From: the human T2T-CHM13v2.0 reference genome, Homo sapiens | Reading direction: 5' to 3' (one strand) | NCBI RefSeq assembly: GCF_009914755.1 | Contig: NC_060927.1 | Length of the DNA stretch: 64,000 nucleotides | Part shown: in pieces, positions 40,400 to 53,528 of the stretch | Position numbering within the stretch: position 1 is the first letter of the stretch | How the letters are laid out: every line of letters begins with the position of its first letter | Notes under the pieces: generated by a model | What the model was told of the DNA's origin: nothing | What the model saw: only the letters and a program-made list of their open reading frames with translations | Database searches by the model: none | Program-made: the position numbers and the translations under genes

Positions 40400-41513
40400 G
40401 GTACTGGGGTTTGGATCTAGAACACAAATCAATTGCAAACCAGTGTACCATGGCGTCCTTGTAGCAACCATGCCCCATATCCTGTCTGTGGCCTATTTCC
40501 CCCTGTTAGATTTCACTTATAGATGGCAATGACTTATTGAAGCATTTGACTTAAGCCTGAGAAGCAGGCAGTGTTGTTGGACTGGAAGGAAAGGCACCAT
40601 TGTTTGGGGGCACAATGGCTGGGATCTGGCATGATGTGGAAGAAGGTCAGAGCCATAGTTCCTCTTCCATTCTGTTCTGTGCCCTCGAGGGATACCGTTA
40701 CCTGGTGCAGCGGGAAGCCCACACACAGCGGGAGGGCCGGTCACAATGATGCTCTGCTCTAGTGGCTGGAGGAAGGCCCCAAAGGCTCCATGCTGTGCCA
40801 TCAACTCTTTAATTACCAAATTAAGGGAGGAGTGGTCCAGGGTGTCTTAGGGGAGAACTGAGGTTTCCTGGATGGTGGTGGGGATCTTAGCAACTGGGGT
40901 TAGTGATGACTTACCAACCAATATAGAAGCATTTCAATATTTTAACAACTAGTTTGGCTGTATTATTTTGTTTCACCTGAATAATAGTTCTGCTTGGACA
41001 TGCCTTGTGTATCAGGCCAGGGTCAGTGGTTATGAATTTTCCTGCTCACCATGTGGTAATCCCCAGATCATCCTGAAAGCTCCAACAAATCACTTAGGCT
41101 CAGTTACTAAGATGCACCCAAAGCCAAACCAAGAAGTGCAAAACACAAAGATGGTGGAAAATTGATCTGGATAGCAGTGGCAAGAACTGCCCATTTCCCT
41201 GAGCACAGTGGTGGCATCTAGTAGTAGAGGGGGCAGCTGTGTTGAGTGTCTACCGTGTGACAGATGTGGTTCTAACCATTCTCACATCTGTTATGTCTTC
41301 AGGACCTGCAGTTAGTGAAACTAAATCTGAATCCTTGTAAGTTCCTCAGTGTCTATAAGCCTCTGAAATTTTAACACAATAATAGTACTTACTGCATGGA
41401 AAGTCACAAGTAGAAATGAAAATTTTAGCCAAAAGGAAAGCTGAGTCTGGGTCCTTCCACTGGGTAGTCAAAATGTCCCACAGGACTTGTCAGGGCCCTG
41501 ATTTGATTGTAGT

Positions 41514-42187
<674 letters not shown>

Positions 42188-42324
42188 CTAGTTATGTAAT
42201 CTAAGTCCAGGAACAGGGAGTTCAGGAGAGGAGACATCACTCTGCAAGTACTGGAAAGGGGTGTTATCTTTAAGATAATGAAGTAGCATTCTGGAGTTTA
42301 TCAATATCCTTTGAGTTTGATTAG

Positions 42325-42699
42325 TGATATGGTTTGAATGTGTCTCCCAAAGTTGATGTGTTGAAGACTTGATCCCCACTGTGGTACTGCTGGGAGGTGG
42401 GGCCTAATGGAAGGTGTTTGGGATATGGGGACATCACCCTCATAAATGGATTAATGCTATCATCTCAGGAGTAGGTTCCCTATAAAAGGACACGTTTGGC
42501 ACCTCTTGTTCTCTCTCTCTCCCCTCCCCTCTTTTTACTTTTCCACCATGGGATGATACAGCAAGAAAGCTTTCATCAGATGCCAGCCCTTTGACTTGGA
42601 CTTCCCAGCCTCCCAAATCATGAGCCAATATATTTCTCCTCATTATAAATTATCCAGTATGTGGTATTCTGTTGTAACAGCATAAAACACACTAAGTAA
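42325..42699 (+). mobile_element. MSTD/MSTC solo LTR
   Basis: tgatatggtttgaatgtgtctccc ... gtattctgttgtaacagcataaaacacactaag. Confidence 0.8.
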
Positions 42700-42936
42700 G
42701 AACCAATTTCCTAGCCCATGATTATCTCCAGGTGTTTCAACAAAATTACATTTCTGAACCTGCAAAGTTTGGAACCAATGCCACAGGGTAACTTTGTGAA
42801 GGTGTGGACCATTTTCTGAAACCAACTTAAGGCACCAGCTCATATTGGAAGGTATGTCTCTACCTCCCTCATACCTTCTCTTCCCTCTTCCTCCTCTCTT
42901 GTTCCACTTGTGCTTTTTCTTCTTTCTTCTTCATTT

Positions 42937-43668
42937 TCACAATGGACTGACTGTTTGTATCCCCTTCAAATTCATATGTTGAAATCCTAACCCTCAGTGT
43001 GATGATATTTGGAGGGGGTGCCTTTGGGAGGTACTTAGGTCATGAGAGTAGAGCTCTCATGAATAGGATCTTATAAAAGAGACCCCAGAGAGTTATCTTG
43101 TCCTCTGTCTGCCTTATGAGGTGATATGGTTTGGCTCTGTGTCCCCACCCAAATCTCATCTTGTAGCTCCCATAATTCCCACATGTTGTGGGAGGGACCC
43201 GATGGGAGATGATTGAATCATGGGGGCAGGTCTTTCCTGTGCTGTTCTCACGATAGGGAATGGGACTCATGAGATCTGATGGTTTTGCAAACGGGAGTTT
43301 CTGTGCACAAGCTCTCTCTTTGCCGGCTGCCATCCACGTAAGATGTGACTTGCTCCTCCTTGCCTTCCACCATGATTGTGAGGCCTCCCCAGCCATGTGG
43401 AACTGTAAGTCCAGTAAAACTCTTTCTTTTTTAAATTGCCCAGTCTTGGGTATGTCTTTATCAGCAGTGTGAAAACGAACTAATACATAAGGATACAATA
43501 AGAAGTCAGCAGTCTGCAACCTGGAGGAGGGCTCTCACCAGAACCTCACCATGCTGGCACCCTGATATTGGATTTCTCACCTCCAGGACTGTGAGAAATA
43601 AATTTATGTTGTTTATATGTCACTAAATCTATGGTACTTTGTTAGAGCAGCTCAAACTGACTAAGACA
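42937..43668 (+). mobile_element. MLT1A0 LTR interrupted by THE1B
   Basis: aaattcatatgttgaaatcctaacc ... ctgactaagaca. Confidence 0.82.
43122..43487 (+). mobile_element. THE1B solo LTR
   Basis: tgatatggtttggctctgtgtccccaccc ... aactaataca; TSD tgagg/taagg. Confidence 0.92.
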
Positions 43669-43789
43669 ATCCTCTTTATTGCTCCATCCTTTTTCCCCTT
43701 TTGCTCTGTTTTATTTATCAATGTGAACCTTTATTAATATCTTCTCTTCCTCTGCCTCATCCTTCTATTCACTCTCTTTTTCCTTATTC

Positions 43790-44037
43790 TTCTTCTTCTT
43801 TTTTTTTTTTTTTTTTTTTTTTTGAGGCAGGGTCTCATTCTGTCACCCAGGCTGGAGTGCAGTGGCACAATCTTGGCTCACCACACCCTCGACCTCCAGG
43901 GCTCAAGTGATCTCTCAACCTCAGCTAATTTTTGTATGTTTTGTAGAGATGAAATTTCACCATGTTGCTCACGCTGGTCTCAAACTCCTGAGCTCAAGTG
44001 ATCCACTCACCTCAGCCTCCCACAGTGCTGGGATTAC
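43790..44037 (-). mobile_element. AluJ, internally deleted and 5'-truncated
   Basis: gaggcagggtctc; aacctcag|ctaatttt deletion junction. Confidence 0.85.
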
Positions 44038-45003
44038 TTCTTCAAGTGTTTTATTACTTTAGATGAGCTCAAATGTAATATCTCAAGTGGTGGCAATCAT
44101 ATTTAAGCTACACAGAAGCAATTTGATAAGGGGAATTCACCCCAACTCCACCAGCGGAGGCCCTCTGATTCCTCTGGAGACAGTGTAGAAACACCATGGC
44201 ATCAGAGAGTAAGAAACTCAACAAGTGTCCAGCACAGGCCTGAGGAGAGACCTGGGTCTCAAGCACCACACTGCATTATCACTCATTAGATCTCCCTCCC
44301 AGGCTGGATGAAATAGCCGTCAACAGTTTTCATTTTTGACAATGAAATGATTCCAAATTTGCCAATCTTACAACAAATGTAATTGCTGAAAGACATCAGT
44401 ATTGGGAAAGTAGAAGCCCTGGTCTTGGGATAGTAATCATCCAATCCTTGGCATAGGGAGATTCTCTCTGCTGAAAATGTCCAGGTTTCGTTTACATCAT
44501 TGTCTCCCTGCATCTGTTCATCTTGGAGCACCAACCTATTTGGGTTCTTGAAAGTCAGCAAGATCAAAGACCACTCACTGATCAGCTAGGTCATCCTGGA
44601 AGCCTCATGGTAGCCAGCAGGCAGGCCTGCAGGCAGTGTGGCCCCCTTCCCTTTTGTGTTCAGCATCCCAATGAGGATGTGTATAATTGCAACAATCTGG
44701 AGGCAGTAAAAATACTCAGGATTAAGCAAACTGTGCTAGGGATGGCCTGAGTTCACAGGTGGTCCCCAAAGAAGAGCAGATGGAGAGGTGTTTTGTGAAC
44801 AAGAAATTTGACTGTTATGACAACTGCATAGCAGCATGAAAGTGTCTGACATGGTGTTAACAGACAAAATGATAATGACACATAATTAAATATCACTAAA
44901 TTGTATGTAGGCATCAGGATCAAGATTGGAAGAATGGAGATGTGAAAACATAGGCAGTTGATTATTACATTCTGAGTGAAAATGTTTTAAAAACTTTAAA
45001 TTT

Positions 45004-45840
45004 TGTATTACCCAGTTTTCACTATTATAATGCTACATGACAAATAACCCCCAGTCTCTTAATAGCTTATAACAACCAATGTTTATTTCTTGCCAACTGG
45101 TAGGCAGGTTGATGGTAGGCCATATGTGGGTCAGCATGACTAGACTGTATCCAAGACTTTAAGTTAGATTCAGGTCTGCTCCATGTATCTTCCTTCTGAG
45201 ACTGACTACAGAGACCAAAATGACCTGGGGCATAACTTTCTATTAGCAGACATCCCAAGATTAAGAGGGGCAAATGAAGACATGTGATATCTCTTAAGGT
45301 GTCATCCTGGAACTGGAGTGTGTCACTTCTGCTCACATTCCACTGGCCAAAGCCAGATATGACCAAGCCCATTATCAGTGGGATGAGGAAGAGTACTCCA
45401 CTCAGGGAAATTGTTGAATTGCGTCCCCTAAACTTCACATGTTGAAGTCCTTACCCCTAGTACCTCATGATATGACCTTGTTTGGAGATAGAATCTTTAC
45501 AGAGATAATCAGCTTAAAAAGAGGTTATCAAAGTAGGCCCAATCCAACATGACTGGTGTCCTTATAAAATGAAGAAATTTGGACATAGAGACACAAAGCA
45601 AGAAAATGTGAAGACTTAAGGGGGAGATGGTCATTTACAAGTCAAAGAGAGAGGCCTGGATTCTCTTCTCACAGCCCTCAGGAGAAACCAACCCCATCAA
45701 CATCTTGATCTCAGACTTCCAGCCTTTAAAGCTGTGAGAAAATAAATTTCTTTTGTTTAAGTCACTATAGCAAACTAATACTGAAGGTTGGCAAGAGCAG
45801 GAAGGGAAGGAAGAATTAAGGACAGATAACGCAATCTATG
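45004..45840 (-). mobile_element. Old MLT1 LTR interrupted by MLT1B
   Basis: tgtattacccagttttc...gtcacttctgctcacattccactggccaaagc. Confidence 0.6.
45411..45782 (+). mobile_element. MLT1B solo LTR
   Basis: gttgaattgcgtcccc...atgttgaagtcc...aatccaacatgactggtgtccttataaaa...caaactaatac. Confidence 0.8.
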
Positions 45841-45881
45841 ATGATGTTATTCTGCTAATCATTTTTAAAATTAACATAGTG

Positions 45882-46090
45882 GGCCAGGCGTGGTGGCTCA
45901 CGCCTGTAATCCCAGCACTGCAGGAGGCTGAGGCAGGCAGATCACCTGAGGTCGGGAGTTTGAGACCAGGTTGACCAACATGGAGAAACCCCGTCTCTAC
46001 TAAAAATACAAAATTAGCCGAGCGAGGTGGCGCATGCCTGTAATCCCAGCTACTCGGGAGGCTGAAACTCTGTCTCAATAAAAAATAAAT
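45882..46090 (+). mobile_element. AluSp lacking most of the right arm
   Basis: gtcgggag, tgaccaacatggagaaacccc; gggaggctga|aactctgtctc junction; TSD aaaattaacatagtg / aaatttaacatagtg. Confidence 0.9.
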
Positions 46091-46507
46091 AAATTTAACA
46101 TAGTGAAGAATCCATGGAAAGTTCTTTTCTCATTAATAATAAGTCCATAACAATCACAACAGCAACAATTAATCAAATAAAACTCAAGCACTACTATATT
46201 CCAGGCAGTGTTCTAAGCTCTTTATATATAAAAATTTATTTAATACTTAAAATAGTGTCTATGAGGTAGAACTATTGTTATGTCCAACTTAAAAGCTGAA
46301 GAAGTTGAGACCCTGTTACTGGTAGTTAGGCATGAGTAGGGCAGGACAGGGCTCTCCGCCTACCACCCTCTGGAAATGTCAGGTGATGGTTTGGCAATTA
46401 TCTCATTGCCTCTCTAAAAATGACAGTTCAGCAGCACCATTGACAGGCCATTTCCTGATGCTCCACACCTGTTAACATCAAAATGTCAATTGAATGCAGG
46501 CCCAGGG

Positions 46508-47055
46508 AGAAATAGCACTCGAATATAACATTTTCTTTTTTTCTTCTCAGCAAGGCAATGTACTTCTATAGAAGGGTGCACCCTCACAGATGGAGCAATG
46601 GTGAGCGCACACCTGGACAAGGGAGGGGAAGGGGTTCTTACTCCTGACGCACGTGGCACCTGCTGCCCTGTCCTTCCCCTATTGGCTGGGGTTAGACTGC
46701 ACAGGCTAAACTAATTCCGATTGGCTAATTTAAAGAGAGTGATGGGGTGAGTGGTTTGGCAGGAAAAATGGTTATGGCAGAGCAGGAAATCAAAATGAGT
46801 CAGGATGGAGAATGAGTCAGGGAGAAGCAGGTAATCGGAATGAGTCAGAGTGGAGCAGGTGATTGGAATGATTCAGGGTGGGGCAGTTGATGAGAATGAG
46901 TCTGGGCAGAGCAGGTAATCGGAGTGAGTCAGGGTGGAGCAGGTGATCGAAAAAGGTTGCTTTATGAGGAAGTTAAGTTTAAAAGTAGAAGGCAAAGAAC
47001 TGAACATACTGACATATTGAGTCTTTGAAGATAAATTTAGAACTCGTATCTAACA
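46508..47055 (-). mobile_element. LTR10A/F (HERVIP10) solo LTR
   Basis: Reverse strand starts tgttagatacgagttctaaattt; carries the 28-bp TGAGTCA tandem repeat. Confidence 0.88.
46796..46950. promoter_or_regulatory. 28-bp VNTR with AP-1 motifs
   Basis: TGAGTCA at 46796, 46813, 46841, 46925; variants TGATTCA 46869 and TGAGTCT 46897; exact 28-bp spacing from 46813 to 46925. Confidence 0.75.
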
Positions 47056-47739
47056 GCATGCATGTTAAGAGACAAAAACGGTGAAGTATGATCTTTTGGG
47101 GGCACATGCCACCAGAAAAGGAAAGAAAGCTTCAGAGGGACACGTGGGTAACTCCCTAAGCACTGCGGGTGCTCAATTCCCAAGGGTAAGAAAGCACTGG
47201 GCATGCGGAAAATTCACTCTAAGGGAGGGATCATGGGAAAGAGGCGAGACTAGGATCAAGGTTAAAGGCCCCTTTTTTGCTGTCTTCTTTTGCTCTCTTT
47301 TCTCTCTTTGACCTTCAGGTGCCTGCTTCAGTCTCTTTCAAGCAATTTTTCCTTTCTTTCCTGTTCTAAAGCCTTTTTAATAAACTTTCACTCCTGCTCT
47401 GAAACTTGGCTTGGTCTCTTTTTCTGCTTTATGCCCCTCAGTCGAATTCTTTCTTTGGAGGAGGCAAGGACTGAAGTTGCTGTGGACGCATATGGATTCA
47501 CTGACAGTAATTTGGGGTAACTCAGATCTCTTTCACTGGTAAATGCCCAGAGAGGCTAAGCCATTTGTCAAAGCTCACACAGCACAGTGGCAGAGCAGGG
47601 ATATATCCCAAAAGAGTTCCATTTGCAGAGCCTGAGCCCCTAATCATTATGCTGTACACCATCTCTCATACTCAATACTGTATTTTCTCCAATAGATTTG
47701 AATGATTGTCCACAACAGGCAGACAAGTTTTATTTCTTA

Positions 47740-48232
47740 TAGTCTGCAATCTTATGTGATCTGGCCCCTGCAGACCTCCTTGGCCTCATCTCAAATCACT
47801 CTATTCTTCACTCCGGCATATTGACCTTTTTCTTGAACACGCCAGGCTTGTCCCTGCCTTTTCTTAAAGCCTTTGCATTTGCTGTTCCTTCTTCCTGGAA
47901 TACCCTTCCCCCAGATCTTTGCTGGATGCATCTTTTTGTTATTCAAGTCTCAGCTTAAATGGGATATTCCCTAGAGAGGTCTTTTCCAACCACTTATCCA
48001 AGCAACTAACTACCATCCTAGCTACTCTTTATCTTATCTCGTTTCCTTTTTTTCCATGACTGTTATTAATATCTGGAATTCTTTTAAAATTTACTGTTTA
48101 CTTGTTCATTTTCTATCTCCCTCCCTCTGGAATGTAAACCCCATGAAAGAAGAACTTTCTTGTTCATGACTAGTCTCAGTACATAGAGTGGTTGATGTCA
48201 GAGAATAAACATTTGTTGAGTAAATGAATAAA
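47740..48232 (+). mobile_element. L2 3' end
   Basis: tgatctggcccctgc...gcctttgcatttgctgttccttcttcctggaat...aataaacatttgttgagtaaatgaat. Confidence 0.8.
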
Positions 48233-49219
48233 GTTCTCACTCTTTCATGACATTAAGTGAACTTTCCAGAAGTACCCAGTCTCCAAGCCTCCCCCTGTCT
48301 TCCAGACAGTACAAGGAAATCTGGAGATATATAATCCACATAGAGGCAGAAAGATGCTAGTGAAGCCAAATTTATTTCCAACAAGAAATAGTCTTTGAGT
48401 CTTAGTCATTGTGGTTGAAGGCAAGTGAGGTCATCCATTCCATTAAAGAAGAAAGATCAGATGGAAATAGTCATTCAAGATGCATAGAGAACAGATAGAG
48501 TAGAGCTTCCATAACTTTTGCTTCACAATGATTATTTACTGTATTGGATGAGGTTGGATAAACCTGAGCTTGTCTAGAGAAGATGCTACTTGAGTTATCT
48601 GTGTTTGGATTAGTTTTGGGCAGCCAAACCATCTGGAGAGGTTTAGGGCTCAGTCCCAAGGCTCTGATCTTTACTCGGCTGTAAACGCCTCATTGCCCTG
48701 CCACTTCTGCTTCATGGGCTGGAGGTCTGTCCTCTTGCAATCATGTGGGAAGAATTGGACTCTGAGTTGGTTTCTATTTTCTTATGAAACCATCCAGGGG
48801 AATGAACTGGGGGATAAATAACCAAATTTCTGAAATGCAGCTTTGACTACAATCCAGTGTCTGGGCTGACTCTGAAACAGCTCAGATTGTGTGTCCTGAG
48901 ACTGTGCTGGCTGATGACCTGGCCACAAGCATTCCATCTCACATCCCAGGCATCTGAGCAACGCTGCTTTCCATGTGGGGAGGTAGAGGATTTGGTGGGT
49001 TAATTGAAACTAAAATGTCTGCAACTCTAGATCCTGCCTCTGTTTTGGAGTGACTTGTAAGGAAAGTCACCAGTGATTTATACATTCAGGGTATCTTTCC
49101 TCAAAGAACTCAAGATTTGTGGCAGAATTTGATAAATGTTGAGATTTGATCTTGATGGAAGACTAGAGATTGAAAATTGGAAGATGATCTGCTTTATACA
49201 GAGAACAAATGCATCCACT

Positions 49220-49372
49220 TTTTTTCTTTATTTTAGTTTATTAAGTTCTGGGATATGTATGCAGGATGTGCAGGTTTGTTACATAGATAAACATGTGCCA
49301 TGGTGGTTTACTGCACTTATCAACCCATCACCTAGGTATTAAGCCCAGCATGCATTAGCTATTTTTCCCGAA
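49220..49372 (-). mobile_element. Short L1PA 3'-end fragment
   Basis: gcaggatgtgcaggtttgttacatag...catcacctaggtattaagcccagcatgcattagc. Confidence 0.85.
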
Positions 49373-49664
49373 TTGTGTTCACTTTTTAAGATGGCCAGGA
49401 TCAGGCATGGGGAAGGGAAGGTGAGAGTTTTGGTCCCCAGTCTTTGTCAGTGTGGAAAGCTCCCCTCTGGTAGAAGAGGCTTAGGAATCACGGACTGTTC
49501 CCCCAGCCTAGAGAAACTCACTCAAGATTTCTTAAGTCCAAAAAAGGAAATTTTGGATCAGGGTGAAATTTCTCATTCTGTAAGGAATGCTACTGACATT
49601 AGCAGGCAACCATCTCTCCATACCTACACTCATTTTTAAATCTTTAATGAAATTTCATGTGCTT

Positions 49665-50320
49665 AAAACTTTTTATTGAACTGCACATACAGAAAAGTGC
49701 ACATATCAGAAGTGTACAGGTTGACTGGTTTTCACAAACTAAACACACATAATTGGCATCAGACCAAGAAACAGAATATTGTCACATCTCGGAAGTCTTG
49801 CTTACCCATGCTTCCACTTACTGTCCCTAATACTAACTACTATCCTGACATCTAACAGCATGGATTAATTTCACCTATTTTTACTTTGGCTTCTTTCATT
49901 CAATATTTTAGTCGTGAGATTCATCCATGTTGCTGTATATAGCAGTAATTTACTCATTGTCATTGCTATAGAGTATTCCATTGTGTGAATATACCACAAT
50001 TTATTTATCCGTGCTACTATTGATGGACAGTTGGGTTATTTCCAGTCTGAGACTATTACAATCACAGTTCTGTAAATATCCAAGTACACGTTTCTTGGTG
50101 CACACACATGTATGGAATATATGAGGAGTAGTATTGTTTGGTCATGCGATAAATGCGCGTTTAATTTTATAGGAAACTGCCAAACTGTTTTCCAAGGCAG
50201 TTGTACCATTTTATATTCCCGCCAGCAGTGGATGTGAGTTCCACTTGCTCCATATCACCACTAACACTTGGTATTGTCTATGTGTGTTCATTTTAGCAAT
50301 TACTGTGGATACGTAGTGGA
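49665..50320 (-). mobile_element. L1ME/MC fragment
   Basis: catacagaaaagtgcacatatc; gagattcatccatgttgc; aaactgccaaactgttttcca. Confidence 0.75.
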
Positions 50321-50552
50321 AACTAGACTCACTTTTTTATTCTACCTGTCTTTTACTCTTACTTTATCTGTCTCTATTTTTCTGTAAACTGTCCTTCTCT
50401 GCTTTCCACTCCACCTGGAGGAAACCATGGTTTCACCCCCACTTCCTAATAGTTTACATCATTGGTCCAGCTTAGATCAGCTCAGCCAGAAATAGACATT
50501 TCTTAGTGTCAATTCCAAAATGAGTGAAAGGGAATCTGATCCATTTGGGTTA

Positions 50553-50908
50553 TGTTACAGATTGAATTGTGGACCCCCAAACCCCCGCAACCATATACTG
50601 AAGGCTTAACCTCCAATGTGACATTTTTAAAGGTGGGTCCTTTTGGGTAGATGGGGTTTGTATTCTTATAAGAAGAGGAGGAGACACCTGAGAGCTCTTT
50701 CTCCACACACACATAGAGTAAAGCAATGTGAGGACATGGCAAGAAGGTGGAAGTCAACAAGCTAGGAAAGGAGGTCTTACCAGAAACCAATTATGATGGC
50801 ATCTTGATCTGGGACTTCTAATATCCAGCACTGTGAGAAAATAAATTTCTGTTGTTTAAGCTGCCCAGCCTTAGTATTTTGTTGTGACAACCAGAGTAGA
50901 TTAATACA
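50553..50908 (+). mobile_element. MLT1A solo LTR (donor of the inverted copy at 52282)
   Basis: tgttacagattgaattgtg ... gattaataca; TSD ggtta/ggtca. Confidence 0.85.
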
Positions 50909-51990
50909 GGTCAGGTGGTTGCACATGAGCCAGTCTGTTGCAGTGGGGGTGGGTCAAGGTCTACAAATATGACTCCTGGGAGAGTATACCTGGGACCAGG
51001 TAGGTGGCTGGTTCCTTAAGCAGGGGCCAGGAAAATATCCCAATGGTCATCTTTTATAGAAACCTTTAAAAGAGACTACCCCACTAAATGGCCCACGAGC
51101 TAATTCACGGACCTCGGTAATCAAAGGGACATTTTACTCAGTCGTTTAACCAGTATTTGTTAGACTTCACTGTGTGTTAGGCACCGTACTCAGTGCTCAA
51201 GATACTGCAAGATTGAGTCTGAAAAGCGTTTGCACTCAAGGAACAAAGGGTGGCTGGTGAGCAGATGTCTGATGTTTCAGAGTCATTCATGTCAAGATAA
51301 ATGTGTTCTGCCATCTGGTTACACTACCATTAATTGTATTTATTATTAGGCTTCCATATGATGATAAATAATGTACTTCAACTGAAATCTTAACCATTGC
51401 TTAATTTCTGCTGAATTAACAAATCTCTTCCTTTCTACTACTAATAATAATGGTTAAGATTTCTGTAAGGTGTTACTACATGGCAAGCATTGTTCTGATT
51501 GCTTTATATATACTGACTCATTTAATTTTCATAAAAGCTTAATATAGTAAGTACTTTTATTATTATCCCCATTTTATAGCTATGAACTTCAAATGTGCCC
51601 TTATTGTTACTGCCAATCACACTATATTTTCTAATCCACTTACTTTCCTACACAATGACTTCACATCCTTTCCTGTCCCCTCAAACCTCCAATTCCACCC
51701 CCCTATGTCCTAACCCTTAGGTGATGACCTTGTTTCCAACTTCATAGTCCAAGAAGAACTTCCATGAACTCCCACCACTACATCTATCTACCCACCTGCC
51801 AGCATCTGCCTTCCTGCCTAATAGTGAGATGGATTATCTGTGCTCCTGTGGGAAGAAGTCTCTCCATTCATATAGGAATTCCCAATCATTTTCTTCTACT
51901 CAAGAACCTTATCCCAACCATTTGTCACTTTCTCCTCTATATCATTAACTTTTCACTAGCTTATGGATTATTTCCATTTATAAAAATATG

Positions 51991-52539
51991 CATATTAATC
52001 TGTTCTCATGCTGCTACGAAGAAATACCTGAGACTGGGTAATTTATAAAGAAAAGAGGTTTAATTGACTCACAGTTCCGCATGGCTGGGGAGGCCTCAAG
52101 AAACTTACAATCATGGCAGAAGGCACCTCTTCACAGGGCAGCAGGAGAGAGAATGAGTGCTGAGTAAAGGGGGAAGCCTCTTATAAAGCCATCAAATCTC
52201 ATGAGAACTCACTATCATGAGAACAGCATGGGGGATTCAATTATAATAAATGCCATCATATAATATATATAATTATAATATATGCCATCGTAATTGATTT
52301 TTGGTAAGACCTCCTTTCCTGGCTTGTTGACTGCCACCTTCTTGCCATGTCCTTGCATTGCTTTCCTCTGTGTGTGTGTGTGGAGAAAGAGCTCTCAGGT
52401 GTCTCCTCCTCTTCTTATAAGAATACCAACCCCATCTACCCCCATGATTCCATTATCTCTACCTGGTGCCACCTTTGACACATGGGGATTATTACAATTC
52501 AAGGTGAGATTTGGGTGGGGACACAACCAAATCATATCA
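51991..52539 (-). mobile_element. THE1D solo LTR carrying a ~200-bp foreign insert
   Basis: gctgctacgaagaaatacctgagactgggtaattt ... aatcatatca; TSD-like tatgc; insert 52235-52438. Confidence 0.9.
52282..52441 (-). repeat. Inverted copy of 50645-50802
   Basis: Manual alignment: 10 substitutions and one 2-bp TG indel over ~158 bp. Confidence 0.92.
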
Positions 52540-53528
52540 TATGCTGTTGTTCTTCCACATTAAAAAAAAATCCTTCAACTATATTTTCTTCGTTTCCCTT
52601 TGCAGCAGAATTTGAAAGATTTTTCTAAACTCACAGTATCAAACTCCTCTGCTCCCATTCTCTCTCATGACCACTCCAGTCAGGATGTTGCCCCTACCAC
52701 TGAACTAAAAGTGTGCTTGTTGAGGAAAACAACAACCTCCATGTTGCTAAATACAATCCTTTGTTCTCCATCCTCTATGAGACTTGACCCATTGGCAGCA
52801 TTGGCACAGCTGATAATTCCTTCCCACCCTCTTGATATCATTTCTATATGTGGATTCCAGGCCTTTCACTCTTCTGGTTTCTTCCTATCTCTCTGCTTGC
52901 TCTTTTTCATCCTGCCTTGCTGGTTCTGCCTCTTCTCTCTCACCTTTGAACATGGAGTGCCTTAGGGATCCATCTTTGGTCCTTTCTTCTCTCTACATTC
53001 ATGCTCTTGGTGATCTCATGCAATCTCATAGGCTCTGAAAACCACCTATACATCAACATCTCACTAGTTTATGTATCCAAACCAAACCGCCAACCATCTG
53101 TCTCCCAAACTTTAGAGGTATGTATAACACATGTCTTATCAACTTCTCCACTTGGATATCTAATAGACATCTTAGACATAACATGTATGAGACTGATTTC
53201 TGAGGCCATGGCAGTAATATATGGTCACAACCATCTTGTGACTATGAGGAGAGCTGGCATGAAGTCAATGTCAACATGTTGAAAATGGCAGAGTAGAAGA
53301 TGAAAGAGTCAGTGTTCTTGAAGACACATTTGAGCCACTCTAATAACCAACCTAATGGCTGTTCTAATTCTGGGCTTCTTGGTTTTTGAGATCACAAATT
53401 CTTTTTCATTTGGGTTTTCTGTTACTCGTGGTTACAGTCAGCCTAGTTATATAGCACAAACTGGAGGACAATCTAATGGAGAAATCAATATTTTTCCCTG
53501 ATTGTCTTCTTTAGTCTGTTTGCACATG

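Larger units (their letters stand above)
46314..47544 (+). mobile_element. MER61-like ERV1 solo LTR, split by LTR10
   Basis: tgttactggtagttaggcatgagtagggcagg start; resumes gcatgcatgttaagagacaaaa at 47056; 4-bp TSD accc/gccc. Confidence 0.75.
46160..47660 (-). mobile_element. MIR split by a MER61-like LTR (pieces 46160-46313 and 47545-47660)
   Basis: gaagttgagaccc | gcccagagaggctaagccatttgtcaaagctcacacagc rejoins. Confidence 0.7.
51640..53190 (+). mobile_element. L2 body interrupted by THE1D
   Basis: Pyrimidine-rich L2 sequence (acctccatgttgctaaatacaat; gcagcattggcacagctgat; ccacttggatatctaatagacatctt). Confidence 0.7.

Noticed and set aside
47050-47215. p53 response elements expected in MER61/LTR10 families
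   Set aside because: The CATG-centred half-sites seen each have two or more mismatches to RRRCWWGYYY and no good adjacent pair
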